The notes beneath the pieces are model-generated. The model ran no database searches, was not told the origin of the DNA, and saw only the letters and a program-made list of their open reading frames with translations. Of a stretch of DNA of 64,000 bases, positions 1 through 9,197 are shown in pieces; the first letter of the stretch is position 1, and each line of letters starts with the position of its first letter. The DNA is from an uncultured virus (IMG/VR IMGVR_UViG_2808606796_000002) (lineage: Duplodnaviria; Heunggongvirae; Uroviricota; Caudoviricetes): the IMG/VR virus record IMGVR_UViG_2808606796_000002. One strand, 5' to 3'. The translations under genes and the position numbers were made by a program.

Positions 1-27
1 ATGGCGTTATTAGCTCAAGAGAGAATC

Positions 28-369
28 ATGAAAAAAAGTATTTTGACGATGCTGCTGCTGGCTTGCACCAGCAGTGCTTTTGCAGCACCACAAATTATAA
101 CCGTTAGCCGTTTTGAAATGGGTAAAGATAACTGGGCGTTTAACCGTGAAGAGGTGATGCTCAGTTGCCGTCCGGGGCATGCCTTGTTTGCAATCAACCC
201 AAGCACATTAATGCAATACCCGCTAAATGACATTGCACAACAGCAAGTTACCAGTGGTAAAACCACCGGGCAGCCGATTTCAGTGATTCAAATTGACGAC
301 CCTAAACAACCAGGGCAAAAAAAGAGTCTTGCACCATTTATTGAACGCGCCGAAAAATTGTGTAACTAA
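28..369 (+). CDS. yebY: YebY family (DUF2511) secreted protein
   Basis: Signal peptide [41 protein letters not shown]...YPLN motif; sits next to the ryeA/ryeB locus. Confidence 0.85.
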   Translation: MKKSILTMLLLACTSSAFAAPQIITVSRFEMGKDNWAFNREEVMLSCRPGHALFAINPSTLMQYPLNDIAQQQVTSGKTTGQPISVIQIDDPKQPGQKKSLAPFIERAEKLCN

Positions 370-397
370 GCCTGCCTAACATCTTCATCTATAATAA

Positions 398-434
398 AAA
401 ACCGCAATATCCGGAACCCGGTTATTGCGGTTTT
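398..434. terminator. Bidirectional intrinsic terminator between yebY and the RyeA 3' end
   Basis: AAAACCGCAATA...TATTGCGGTTTT inverted repeat. Confidence 0.7.
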
Positions 435-522
435 AATCTAAAACGTCACCTGTAACACAGTTTTTTTCCGAACACTTTTGCGCCGGACTGGAAAAGCTGC
501 GCCGGTAATCTATTCTTAGAAG

Positions 523-626
523 GCAAGGCGAAGTCTGCCTGCATTAATGCCAACTTTTAGCGCACGGCTCTCTCCCAAGAGCCATTTCCCTGGACCGAAT
601 ATAGGAATCGTATTCGGTCTTTTTTT
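523..626 (+). ncRNA. sdsR: SdsR (RyeB) Hfq-dependent sRNA
   Basis: GCAAGGC...GCCAACTTTTAGCGCACGGCTCTCTCCCAAGAGCCATTTCCCTGGACCGAAT...TATTCGGTCTTTTTTT matches SdsR as I recall it; sigmaS-type CTATTCT -10 at about 510-516. Confidence 0.9.
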
Positions 627-628
627 AT
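603..628 (+). repeat. att core, left copy (attL of prophage 1)
   Basis: 26-bp exact direct repeat of 41931-41956, adjacent to integrase. Confidence 0.93.
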
Positions 629-660
629 CTATATGATTTATAAAGGTTTTTTGTGGTCAG

Positions 661-690
661 TCCCGAAATATCCCGAAATTTTCCCGAAAA
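661..690 (+). repeat. Integrase arm-type sites (3 x TCCCGAAA)
   Basis: tcccgaaata tcccgaaatt ttcccgaaaa; related TCCCGAAG/TCCCGTCG/TCCGAAAA at about 41782-41812. Confidence 0.7.
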
Positions 691-703
691 CTCAATATTC
701 AGT

Positions 704-1789
704 CTAAACCATAACATACTCAGCCCCGCGCGAATCAAGGTATTTTTTAGTCATTGTTAAATTTTTGTGTCCTAACAATCGCTGTGCAAAATCCTCGCTA
801 TATTCCTTTTCATACTCACGACTCGCCAGGCTTCGCATTTCATGGAACGCCGGAGGGTTTGCCCCGAAACTTATTCCACTGGCATTACGAACTTCTGCAA
901 ATGCTTGTGTTAATCCATCAGGTGTCAGCGGACCAGGTTTCCTACCGCCTCGACGAACAGCTGAATAAAGCATAAAGTCAGAAGGGTTATTCTTCCTGCA
1001 ATTATCTATAACATCCCCCAGAACTAGCCCGGCAGAATTAAGTTTCAAATCCAGTGGTAGGGCTAATTTGTGTCCTGTCTTTTGCTGCTCGATAAAGAGG
1101 CGATCATCGCGCACATCACTGAAACGAAACAGGGAGATGTCTTCGCGCCGCTGACCCGTTACAAGTGCAAGCTCAAATGCGCGCTGCACCCATTCTCCAA
1201 AATTTTCTGCAGTAGAATGCAGCAATTGGTACTGTTCAAGGATCAGACGCTCGCGTTTAACTTTTGGCGTCGGTGCCCTGGTCGGTTCCACTGGGTTTAA
1301 ACTAATATGCCCCTCTACTATTGCCTCTCTGAAGATATCAGATAGAACCGAGCGCAACGCAACGGCCATGCTTTTCTTATCACACTCGATATATCCTTCC
1401 AGGAAGGTCGCAATATCGCGAGTAGTGATCGCATTCAGTGGCATGTTTCCAAATTCATCTTCAAGGGTTGCCAACTGGTTTCGACGAACCTTCATAGTGT
1501 TCGGTTTTAGTTCCCTTCGCTCCAGGATAACAGAGTACCGCTCCAGCCATTTTGAGACTGTAAAATCAGGTGTTTCCATAATTCGTTCTAAAAGACTGGA
1601 TGGCAGGTAGTTCTGGTCGAGATAGTTATTTGCTTCTATGGCCTGGGCTACAGCATCCTTGCGCGCAATCTTACCAAGAGAAATTTCTTGTCCAGTGATC
1701 GGATTGCGCCAGGAGTAGATTTGCTTTGTTTTGCGAAAGGTCAGATTACGCGGCAGATTAGCGTCGTAACGTACTGGCCTTTTCGTCAT
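704..1789 (-). CDS. int: Lambda-type tyrosine integrase
   Basis: Lambda-like arm-binding N-terminus; GQRRED, FHEMRSL, LGH, KKY catalytic motifs. Confidence 0.95.
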   Translation of the reverse strand: MTKRPVRYDANLPRNLTFRKTKQIYSWRNPITGQEISLGKIARKDAVAQAIEANNYLDQNYLPSSLLERIMETPDFTVSKWLERYSVILERRELKPNTMKVRRNQLATLEDEFGNMPLNAITTRDIATFLEGYIECDKKSMAVALRSVLSDIFREAIVEGHISLNPVEPTRAPTPKVKRERLILEQYQLLHSTAENFGEWVQRAFELALVTGQRREDISLFRFSDVRDDRLFIEQQKTGHKLALPLDLKLNSAGLVLGDVIDNCRKNNPSDFMLYSAVRRGGRKPGPLTPDGLTQAFAEVRNASGISFGANPPAFHEMRSLASREYEKEYSEDFAQRLLGHKNLTMTKKYLDSRGAEYVMV

Positions 1790-2030
1790 GTCTCAGTCTC
1801 TCAAGTAGTGTTCCGGTCGCAGGTATTTTCCGATGCTTAGGTTTTAAGCGAAGGTTCTTTTTGCGCGGGTCAACGTAAATTGAGTCCGGCATTAATTTGT
1901 ACTCTTTACCGTGGAGTTCAGGTGCAGGATAAATGCGACCCTCACGAACCCAGCGGCGCAAGGTTGAAAGCGACGGGGGAGTGGAGTAAATCGTATTGGC
2001 CCATTCCTGCAAATTGAGAAGTTTTGGCAT
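1758..2030 (-). CDS. xis: Excisionase
   Basis: LNLQEWA...PSLSTLRRWVREGRIYPAPELHGKEY; overlaps int start. Confidence 0.88.
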   Translation of the reverse strand: MPKLLNLQEWANTIYSTPPSLSTLRRWVREGRIYPAPELHGKEYKLMPDSIYVDPRKKNLRLKPKHRKIPATGTLLERLRHDEKASTLRR

Positions 2031-2128
2031 GATTGCTCTCCAACGGTCTGCCCTACTCATTATATGAAAGCAGACCGTGATTAATTGATATATCGAAATC
2101 AAACGGTTTTCGGCTGTACCTGATCGAG

Positions 2129-2341
2129 TTATTGGCGCATCTTCTCGCGCAACTCTTCAGCGCCCTTGCAGCTCGCGCAGAGCTGGCAGCCCGGAATTGC
2201 TTTGCGGCGTGCTTCTGGAAGCTCATCACCGCATGTCTGGCAATGAGTCGCTGATATGGCATGCACATTCAATCTGGCACGGCTCAGTGCCGCGGTACGA
2301 TGCAGTTCTTCTAGTTCGCTCGCGTTATCAATGATGTCCAT
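2129..2341 (-). CDS. TraR/DksA C4 zinc-finger protein
   Basis: MDIIDNA N-terminus; CQTC...EARRKAIPGCQLCASC. Confidence 0.9.
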   Translation of the reverse strand: MDIIDNASELEELHRTAALSRARLNVHAISATHCQTCGDELPEARRKAIPGCQLCASCKGAEELREKMRQ

Positions 2342-2388
2342 TACTTACTCCTTGAGCGGGAGGGATAACCTCCCGGCAATGGTCAACT

Positions 2389-3090
2389 CTAAAAGGGAAT
2401 GTCATCGTCGAACTGTGGAGCCTGGGTTTGTACGTTATGCTGGTGGGCGGCTTGCTGTAGACGTGACTGTTGCACTCCACCGTTCTGAGCATATGGATTA
2501 GCTCCGTGCGTACCACTGCGGTTCCCAGAGAATTGCTGACCGCCATTGTTCGTGCGCTCATCCTTGTCTTTCATAGATGCTTCAAGTGCGGCAATAGCTT
2601 CTGCTGGAGCGTTTTCGCTGTGCTCGGCATAAGTCTTGCGCGTACCGACCTGGAATACATGACGCAGCTCGAAGCGGTAGGTATCAGAGCCATCATCTTT
2701 GGTGCGCAGAACCTTTTGCAGGAACAGGCCAACTTTCGTGCCTACCAACGCAGGGCATTGCCACTCGGTTCCCTCTAGCGTTTGAACCTGCTGAGGTTGT
2801 GCCTGCTTAATTTTTGCAGCCCACATAATCGCGGAGACCAATCCCATCCCGAAGGTTTGCTGGCCTTCCTTGCCCTGATAGTTAATGCGGATGTAATTGG
2901 CTTTTGCGCCATTACTTTCGAAGTTAAGTTCCAGCGCTTGTGACTGGCTGCCATCTTTGCCGAACGTGTAGACCGCTGAAGTAATCACGCCTTCATAAGC
3001 GCCTGTTTCATTAATGCCATTCGATGCGCCAGCCTTCTTCGCAAGCTCAGCTGATTCTGCGTTCCAGTTAAAAGTCATTGGTGAGTTCAT
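2389..3090 (-). CDS. Phage SSB-like protein (DUF669-like)
   Basis: Acidic C-terminal tip FDDDIPF; follows Sak4-like ATPase. Confidence 0.7.
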   Translation of the reverse strand: MNSPMTFNWNAESAELAKKAGASNGINETGAYEGVITSAVYTFGKDGSQSQALELNFESNGAKANYIRINYQGKEGQQTFGMGLVSAIMWAAKIKQAQPQQVQTLEGTEWQCPALVGTKVGLFLQKVLRTKDDGSDTYRFELRHVFQVGTRKTYAEHSENAPAEAIAALEASMKDKDERTNNGGQQFSGNRSGTHGANPYAQNGGVQQSRLQQAAHQHNVQTQAPQFDDDIPF

Positions 3091-3107
3091 CTTAAAATCC
3101 TTAAAAG

Positions 3108-3776
3108 TTATAAATCTGTCATGAATTCAGTGATTGCCACGTCGACCGCTTTGAGGTCGTTTTCCATTTCCGTCTGGTCGGGAAACAGGTCTGGCGGCGC
3201 TTTGGCGGTGTCGTTGTCATCGCCTTTAATCAGGAATACGTGCTTCCCATCCTTCTTGATGGCGCGCAGAACGATTGAGAAATACCCTTCCGGCGTAAGC
3301 TTTTCGTTCAGCATTTTCCCGGTGGTTTTCATCCGGATCTTTCCTTCGGCTTCTTCGGTGTGAGCCAGAAAGTAAATCCGGAAGTCGTCAGGCAAATGAG
3401 TGGCCGCCATGATGATTTGCCAGATGTGGTCCGCCATTTCGGTGAACTTGCCGTAACCGGTCTGGTATGCGCGCTTCATGTTTTCGTGCTGCATCACCAC
3501 CTGAAAATCATCGATAATCAGCACGCGCCGGGTTTTGGAAAGGACCATGCGGTTAATGGTATCCAGCACTGTTTCCCAGTCGTCCGAGCGCAGGACGTTG
3601 CCGCGCTGGATACTGCCGTCTGGCAGCTCCTTGCCGTTAAGCTTCCAGCCGGTTGATTTAAACGGCAGCATTTTCGGAATGCATTGCAGAAGCACTACAT
3701 CTTCTGGCTTGAAGTTACGAAGGCCGTATGACTTGCCCGCGCCAGAATCACCGAGGATCAGTACTGGAGTTCCCAT
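3108..3776 (-). CDS. AAA_24 / Sak4-like recombination ATPase
   Basis: Walker A GDSGAGKS, Walker B LIIDD. Confidence 0.8.
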   Translation of the reverse strand: MGTPVLILGDSGAGKSYGLRNFKPEDVVLLQCIPKMLPFKSTGWKLNGKELPDGSIQRGNVLRSDDWETVLDTINRMVLSKTRRVLIIDDFQVVMQHENMKRAYQTGYGKFTEMADHIWQIIMAATHLPDDFRIYFLAHTEEAEGKIRMKTTGKMLNEKLTPEGYFSIVLRAIKKDGKHVFLIKGDDNDTAKAPPDLFPDQTEMENDLKAVDVAITEFMTDL

Positions 3777-4447
3777 CAGATACCCCCGTTCAGCCAGTGC
3801 CTGGCAGTAAACAGAATGTCTTCATCTTCATTGTTACCGACTAACCAGCGCAGGTATCCGGGGTCGATCTTTGCAATTTCTGCGAACGTCAGACCTTTAT
3901 GCTTGCCGAAGCGAATCGCATTAATCAGCGACGGGTTACTGGAAATCTCGCGCATCTCGCGAATGGTCCACTTAGCCAGGCGGCCCATGTAAATCAGCAG
4001 CTCAGCCGTGACGTAGCAGTCATACAGCGCGCGGTGAGCATACAAACCTTCAGGTAACTCAGGTTTCAGGCCCAGGCTATAACGCAGGTACTGATTGCTG
4101 TGACTCTTGTGTTCAGGGAGAAGGGCGCGGGCCAGTTTCGCTGTGCAAATCCATGGCGCATCGATTTGCGGGAGCTTTGAGCGGTCAAACTTCGCGTTAT
4201 GTGCAACGTAGACCTCTGCACCCAGGTAACGGCCAATCACTTCACCGAGAAGCGGGGCACCTTCCACCATATCTTCGGTAATGTGGTGAATGGCCATTGC
4301 TTCAAAGCCAATCGGCTCCAGTGGCTTAACGAAGTCGCTCATCGGATTGCAGATCACACCGTCGACAATATCGACGCTGGCTATTTCAACTACGGTTTCT
4401 GGCCCACCTTCTAGTCCAGTGGTTTCGGTATCAATGATTCGCAACAT
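3776..4447 (-). CDS. DEDDh 3'-5' exonuclease (ExoX-like)
   Basis: IIDTETTG, VAHNAKFD, HRALYD; C-terminal FGKHKG...DPGYLRW. Confidence 0.9.
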   Translation of the reverse strand: MLRIIDTETTGLEGGPETVVEIASVDIVDGVICNPMSDFVKPLEPIGFEAMAIHHITEDMVEGAPLLGEVIGRYLGAEVYVAHNAKFDRSKLPQIDAPWICTAKLARALLPEHKSHSNQYLRYSLGLKPELPEGLYAHRALYDCYVTAELLIYMGRLAKWTIREMREISSNPSLINAIRFGKHKGLTFAEIAKIDPGYLRWLVGNNEDEDILFTARHWLNGGI

Positions 4448-4598
4448 TATTTACTCCCTGAGTTCTGTAATCACATACAGCATCAAAGTGCGCGAGCTGG
4501 TGGGCGATTTCTTCGAGGTCAGCTGGCGTTAAGTGGTAAGTCAGGCACAACATCGCGATGAGCGTCATAGCCTGCTGGCGACGGATATCCTGGTTCAT
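4431..4598 (-). CDS. Small hypothetical phage protein (55 aa)
   Basis: Hand-translated MNQDIRRQQAMTLIAMLCLTYHL...; ATGA overlap with upstream gene. Confidence 0.55.
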   Translation of the reverse strand: MNQDIRRQQAMTLIAMLCLTYHLTPADLEEIAHQLAHFDAVCDYRTQGVNNVANH

Positions 4599-4771
4599 GC
4601 CATCCTCCGGCGGCTATGTGAGCGCTGCGGATGCGATGCGAAATAGCTGTCTGCGCATTTCTTGTCGGAACAAAACACCAGGTTACGGATGCCTGTATAA
4701 AAGCGGACTGGGCGTTTAACCAGGTCTTCATCTTCACGCAGTACCAGGCATTGCGAGCAGTAACGGCTCAT
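4595..4771 (-). CDS. Small Cys-containing hypothetical protein (58 aa)
   Basis: Hand-translated MSRYCSQC...FCSDKKC; coupled to both neighbours. Confidence 0.55.
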   Translation of the reverse strand: MSRYCSQCLVLREDEDLVKRPVRFYTGIRNLVFCSDKKCADSYFASHPQRSHSRRRMA

Positions 4772-6399
4772 CAGGCCACCTCCGCAGTAGTGAATACAGA
4801 ACCCAGTGCTGCAAGTGCTGATTCAAGGCGTTCAATGCGCTGCGTGAGGTTCTGGATTTGCTGAGCTGAACTTTCTTCTTCTGCTTCAGTTAATTCCGGT
4901 ACTTCTACGGCAGCTGCTTGCGGATCATTTGCATCAGTACCTTCGCCTGCTGAAACCTCAGCACTACCCGCGATTTCGTTACTGTCAGTCGCTTCCATCT
5001 GCTCATCGCTGGTGTTCTCCGCTGGCTGAATTGCTTCTTTTTCAACTTCGTTTGAGGTGGATTTGCTAAGGTCTTCGTGTACCCACTGCGGATCACTCGG
5101 GTCACTGATTCCCTCTACAAACTCACCTCGCGCTGCCGCCAGTTGTTTGTTTACTTCTTCGACGGATGGTTGATTTGTTTCTACAGCCATCGGCATTGGT
5201 AAAGAGGAACGTCCGCATGCGATGTCGACAAGCAGCTGATCAGGGTGAGCATGATCCGTTTCGGTCATGACCCGATTCAGATACTCAAGGTGTTTAGCCG
5301 GTGTTTTCCACAGGTCTAATGGTGTGGTTTTAACCGTTGCGACATTGCAGGCGCGTGAGAAATCAAAACCGCCAGGCATGGAAATGAAAATATCGCGAGT
5401 CGCAAGAAACTCTTCGTTCTCATATTTATTCATTATGCTGTTAGCCATAATGTCGGTTTCCAGCGGGGGGTTATAAATATCAAACTCCCTGGCACGAGCT
5501 AAGATTCCCAGTGCAATTTCATACTCCAGTCCGAGGGCGGTTTGAGGTGTCAGTCGGTCGGTATTATTCAAACCGCCAGCAATCGCACCTGATGGCGTCC
5601 GGGGAACTGAAGTTATGTAATTACCGGCGGCCCACTCACGCACCAGAATTCCGCGATCAATGTGTTCTGTGGTCAGCCATAAATTAGTGAATTGAATGAC
5701 GCGGGCCAGTTCGTGACGCTTTTCCATTGGGAAAACAGTCTTGATGGCATGAGTGTATTTCCACAGTTGCGCGGTGCTGAGGTCTTCAATTCCAGGCGCG
5801 TGTCTGGCTGCCAGTAAAAGGTTCTGGACGTAACTGTTATCGGTATCTAGCGACATCTCCATAATTTGAACGCGCTGTGCGTGCTTAATATGATGAGCGG
5901 TAACGGTACTGATAAGCTGAGAAAGCAGTCTTCTGCCGAATGCCATTTCCGCCACTGGGTATTCTGTGAGGTCATTGTCATTAGCATCAACAACCAGGTC
6001 TTTATCCATTTGAGTGCTGTCAGATGTAGCAGCTGATTCCGTCGAAGTTTCCTCGGGTGCTGGATTCTCCGGAACAACAGCATTTGTAACGACTGGAGCT
6101 TCTGGTACTTCATCAACTACAGCGGCAACCTTCTGCCAGGTCTTACCATCTTCAGACAGTTCATAGCGGTCGCACCATGCCTCATCCAGCTGGCATTCTT
6201 CTGGTAAATCATCGAACACTGGCACGTTAGTGCGAACCGGCAGCATGTAATCAGCGCCGCGGCCTGTCTCGATATCGTTATCTTCCAGGATGTTCATGAT
6301 TTCACGATCGGCACGAGAGTCAGATTTGCAATCGAACCAGGTGAACAAATTAGGCTTGCCCGCTTTAGGCCGCGCCTTAATCAGATATGCGTACATCAT
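4771..6399 (-). CDS. RecE (exonuclease VIII) N-terminal-like protein without recognisable nuclease domain
   Basis: GRGADY.LPVRTN..VFDDLPEE...WCDRYEL and HIDRGILVREWAAGN resemble RecE N-termini; acidic C-terminus. Confidence 0.6.
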   Translation of the reverse strand: MMYAYLIKARPKAGKPNLFTWFDCKSDSRADREIMNILEDNDIETGRGADYMLPVRTNVPVFDDLPEECQLDEAWCDRYELSEDGKTWQKVAAVVDEVPEAPVVTNAVVPENPAPEETSTESAATSDSTQMDKDLVVDANDNDLTEYPVAEMAFGRRLLSQLISTVTAHHIKHAQRVQIMEMSLDTDNSYVQNLLLAARHAPGIEDLSTAQLWKYTHAIKTVFPMEKRHELARVIQFTNLWLTTEHIDRGILVREWAAGNYITSVPRTPSGAIAGGLNNTDRLTPQTALGLEYEIALGILARAREFDIYNPPLETDIMANSIMNKYENEEFLATRDIFISMPGGFDFSRACNVATVKTTPLDLWKTPAKHLEYLNRVMTETDHAHPDQLLVDIACGRSSLPMPMAVETNQPSVEEVNKQLAAARGEFVEGISDPSDPQWVHEDLSKSTSNEVEKEAIQPAENTSDEQMEATDSNEIAGSAEVSAGEGTDANDPQAAAVEVPELTEAEEESSAQQIQNLTQRIERLESALAALGSVFTTAEVA

Positions 6400-6537
6400 T
6401 GCGTTTACGCTCCTTTGGGTTATAGAATCCCCGAGCCATTGATAGCGCCCATTGGGTTGTTACTTTGGATAGTTAGTTTTCCAGCGCACTTTGCCGGTAC
6501 CGCTGGACGTAGAGCCCGCCTTGCGCGGGTTTTTGCG

Positions 6538-6666
6538 TTACTGCGACTTCGTTTTTGTAGGGTCGCCTTTCTGGGCGAGCACATAACAAACCTTGCGAAC
6601 TATCACCATCACTACTGGCAGCCTGACTGCCTGCTGCTTCACTGGCTTACGCATTAAATCGAACAT
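6538..6666 (-). CDS. Small early-left protein (42 aa)
   Basis: MFDLMRKPVKQQAVRL...; SD AGGGGA; followed by hairpin at about 6514-6535. Confidence 0.55.
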   Translation of the reverse strand: MFDLMRKPVKQQAVRLPVVMVIVRKVCYVLAQKGDPTKTKSQ

Positions 6667-6751
6667 CTCAATCCCCTTTGCCCTTATCGCCAGGCTGGCG
6701 GAACGTTTCTTTAACCTGACAACGCTGCGCTTGTTGTCGATGAAGTAACAT

Positions 6752-6800
6752 TACAAGCAAATATTGTATTATGCAAGTTCAATTTAAAGCAATACTTGTA
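6752..6800. promoter_or_regulatory. OL operators
   Basis: TACAAG-N5-ATTGTA (6752-6768) and TTAAAG-N5-CTTGTA (6784-6800), same consensus as OR. Confidence 0.7.
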
Positions 6801-6858
6801 ATTAATGATGCGACAATGCGCAGCAATGTTGCCGCGCTTGTTTAAGAAGGGATTTTAC

Positions 6859-7269
6859 TTATTTTCTAATGTTCTTGATGATGCTACTCACGTCATCCTT
6901 CAGCAGATCTAACTCTTTAAGCGTAGTTTTAGCATGAACGATAAGGCGATTTTTCTCAGCTTCCGGCATTTGATTGAAGAGAGCGAGCAAAGCTATCTCT
7001 TTATCATCCAGTTTATCTTTTGAAACTGTATACGTCGTGGAAGGCTCGACTTCATTTGGAGCCATAAAGAACCAGTGCTCAGGTTTCCCCGCAGCAGATG
7101 CAAGTCGTTTAAGCCTCTCACCACTAGGAGCAGTATCACCTTTTGCCCACTGCTGCACCGCCTGTGGCGACACCATTGCGCGCCTGGCAATCTCTGACAA
7201 ATTCCAACCTGTCTCATCACGAAGCAGTTGGATTCTGTATGACAAATTCTGATGTTGTCCTGTTTTCAT
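6859..7269 (-). CDS. CI-like repressor, HTH only (136 aa, no S24 peptidase)
   Basis: WNLSEIARRAMVSPQAVQQWAKG HTH; divergent from cro. Confidence 0.85.
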   Translation of the reverse strand: MKTGQHQNLSYRIQLLRDETGWNLSEIARRAMVSPQAVQQWAKGDTAPSGERLKRLASAAGKPEHWFFMAPNEVEPSTTYTVSKDKLDDKEIALLALFNQMPEAEKNRLIVHAKTTLKELDLLKDDVSSIIKNIRK

Positions 7270-7280
7270 GACTTCCATTC

Positions 7281-7366
7281 TACAAGGCCTCCTTGTAGAA
7301 GGCATTGCAAGAGATATACAAGAATTGCTTGTAATATTTTATTTTGTCTTGTAATGTTTGCTTGTA
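7281..7366. promoter_or_regulatory. OR operators
   Basis: TACAAG-N5-CTTGTA at 7281-7297 and 7317-7333; half-sites at 7348 and 7361. Confidence 0.75.
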
Positions 7367-7383
7367 TCTCATAAGGGGAATCC

Positions 7384-7611
7384 ATGGACACGAATTTAAA
7401 AGAAAAAGTTTGCTCAATTATGAGTCAGACCGAGATCGCGAAGAAAATGGGGATAGCTCCTCAGGCTGTAAGTCTTTGGCTGAACGGTGAGGTACCAGCC
7501 CATCGAGTTATTCCATTTTGCGAAGCATTGTGTTGGCAGATAACTCCGCATGAAATTCGCAACGACATCTACCCAAACCCAACCGATGGTTTACCGCAGC
7601 AGGAGGCATAA
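7384..7611 (+). CDS. Cro/YdaS-like regulator
   Basis: SQTEIAKKMGIAPQAVSLW HTH; TPHEIRNDIYPNPTDGLP. Confidence 0.88.
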   Translation: MDTNLKEKVCSIMSQTEIAKKMGIAPQAVSLWLNGEVPAHRVIPFCEALCWQITPHEIRNDIYPNPTDGLPQQEA

Positions 7612-7613
7612 CC

Positions 7614-8156
7614 ATGCAAACACTAACGTTTCAAGATGATAGCAAGCTGAACCTCGTGCCAATGATAAATCGCTATCAGCCAAAGCAGCATGATGAGCAT
7701 GAAGTGATCCGCGACGCTGTCCGTTCCTGGGCAGCTGCAATCGACAATCAGGACGTTGTTTCAGCACTGATTATTGAGCAATGGAATGCCAGCGGCGGCG
7801 AGGGAATTGATTTTCCCGATGATATTAGCCGTGGGCGCCAGAAGCTGTTTCGGTACCTGGACAACAAATTCAACTCTGAGAAATACCGGGAGAACATCCA
7901 GAAGCTCACACCATCAATTCTTGCAGTTCTGCCGCTGGAGTTTCGCGGCCGGTTAGTTCCTGCGGACAACATCATGATGCGCCTGGCACGCCTGGAGAAA
8001 GAAACCAGCGAAGCCAAGGTGGCAGTTGCGCTTGATGCGCCAACTCATCAGAAGCTGAAAGAGCTGAGCGAGGGAATTGTGGAGATGTTTCGGGTAGACC
8101 CGGCACTGACAGGCCCATTGATGGAGATCGTGACGAGCATGTTGGGAGTTATATGA
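7614..8156 (+). CDS. CII/YdaT-like protein
   Basis: IRDAVRSWAA...RQKLFR...LPLEFR; located after cro. Confidence 0.8.
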   Translation: MQTLTFQDDSKLNLVPMINRYQPKQHDEHEVIRDAVRSWAAAIDNQDVVSALIIEQWNASGGEGIDFPDDISRGRQKLFRYLDNKFNSEKYRENIQKLTPSILAVLPLEFRGRLVPADNIMMRLARLEKETSEAKVAVALDAPTHQKLKELSEGIVEMFRVDPALTGPLMEIVTSMLGVI

Positions 8157-8386
8157 CAGGTTCAAAAATGGCGAAAGCCGCGGTGCGCGAACACCAACGG
8201 CTTTCAGTTGCACATACGTCAGTAAATGCAGGAGGAATAATGGCAAAAAAACCGCGCCATTACCAGACAGCTGTACATAAAAACAATACTCGCGCCCGTC
8301 TTGAGCATTTTGTTCATCCAACGGTGGCAGAGAAGCTACGTGCCATTCTGGAAGAACTGAAGCGCAAGGAGCAGGGGCATGAGTAA
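8153..8386 (+). CDS. Hypothetical phage protein
   Basis: Overlaps both neighbours; start may be the internal MAKKPRH. Confidence 0.5.
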   Translation: MTGSKMAKAAVREHQRLSVAHTSVNAGGIMAKKPRHYQTAVHKNNTRARLEHFVHPTVAEKLRAILEELKRKEQGHE

Positions 8387-9197
8387 CCTCGCAACAGTAA
8401 CACCAATCAGACCGACACTGGCGGTCGTGGAGCGTCAGGTGGCAGATCTGGATGATGGTTTCATCATGATTGCTATGCGGCTTTACGAGGAGCTTATCGG
8501 TGCCAATCTGACACGCAATCAGGCCAAAGTCGCGCATGCAGTTTGCCGTAAAACTTACGGCTTCAAGAAGAAAATGGACCGCATTGCAGACAGCCAGTTA
8601 GCTGAGATAGCCCGTATCAGCCGCTCAAAAGCAAACATAGCGAAGAACGAATTGATTTCTATGAAGGTTCTCATCTCTGAAGCCGGGAAGATTGGACCAA
8701 ATAAGAACATCGATGAGTGGGTAATTCCTGAGTGTTCCCAAATAGGTAACTTTGTATCCAAGTCGGGAACAAAAAATGTATCCAAACCGGATACACAAGA
8801 TGTTCCCGCTTTGGGAGCACACAAAAGAAATACTTTAAATATAAAAGATAATACCCCCTTACCCCCACAGGGGGAGGGCGCTGTACCGGAAATTAAACCG
8901 GTTCAGAAAAAATCCCCAGTACTGGACTACCAGGCGGTGATGTCGGCATACAACTCCACCCTGGGAGACCGCCTTCCTCAGGCAGAGGCTCTGAACGAAA
9001 AGCGTCGCCGGTCTATCAAGCGCCTGTTGAGCGAACTCAAAGAGCCAACAATCGACGCAGTGACAAACTACTTTGCCACCTTTGGTGAAAGGGCTAAGCC
9101 GTTTTACTTCGGTGACAACGGCACTGGTTGGCGCGCTAACTTCGATTACCTGTTGCGCAGCGACACGCTGATGAAAACGCGGGAGGGTTCACTGTGA
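8379..9197 (+). CDS. Replication initiator (lambda O-like)
   Basis: VADLDDGF...RKTYGFKKKMDRIADSQ; internal iterons. Confidence 0.9.
   Translation: MSNLATVTPIRPTLAVVERQVADLDDGFIMIAMRLYEELIGANLTRNQAKVAHAVCRKTYGFKKKMDRIADSQLAEIARISRSKANIAKNELISMKVLISEAGKIGPNKNIDEWVIPECSQIGNFVSKSGTKNVSKPDTQDVPALGAHKRNTLNIKDNTPLPPQGEGAVPEIKPVQKKSPVLDYQAVMSAYNSTLGDRLPQAEALNEKRRRSIKRLLSELKEPTIDAVTNYFATFGERAKPFYFGDNGTGWRANFDYLLRSDTLMKTREGSL
8733..8852. repeat. Replication origin: four 19-bp quasi-palindromic iterons plus AT-rich tract
   Basis: TGTTCCCAAATAGGTAACT, TGTATCCAAGTCGGGAACA, TGTATCCAAACCGGATACA, TGTTCCCGCTTTGGGAGCA, then AT-rich 8821-8852. Confidence 0.8.

Larger units (their letters stand above)
435..628 (-). 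ncRNA. ryeA: 3' portion of RyeA (SraC) antisense RNA; 5' part displaced by prophage
   Basis: RyeA is known to overlap SdsR in antisense; boundaries approximate. Confidence 0.55.

Noticed and set aside
661..690. TCCCGAAA repeats as a mini-CRISPR or VNTR
   Set aside because: Too short, no spacers or cas genes; explained as integrase arm sites
6415..6657. 80-aa plus-strand ORF
   Set aside because: Antisense to the early-left operon; the minus-strand 42-aa ORF with SD fits better
7384..8156. YdaS/YdaT as a toxin-antitoxin system
   Set aside because: Position and operators indicate Cro/CII equivalents
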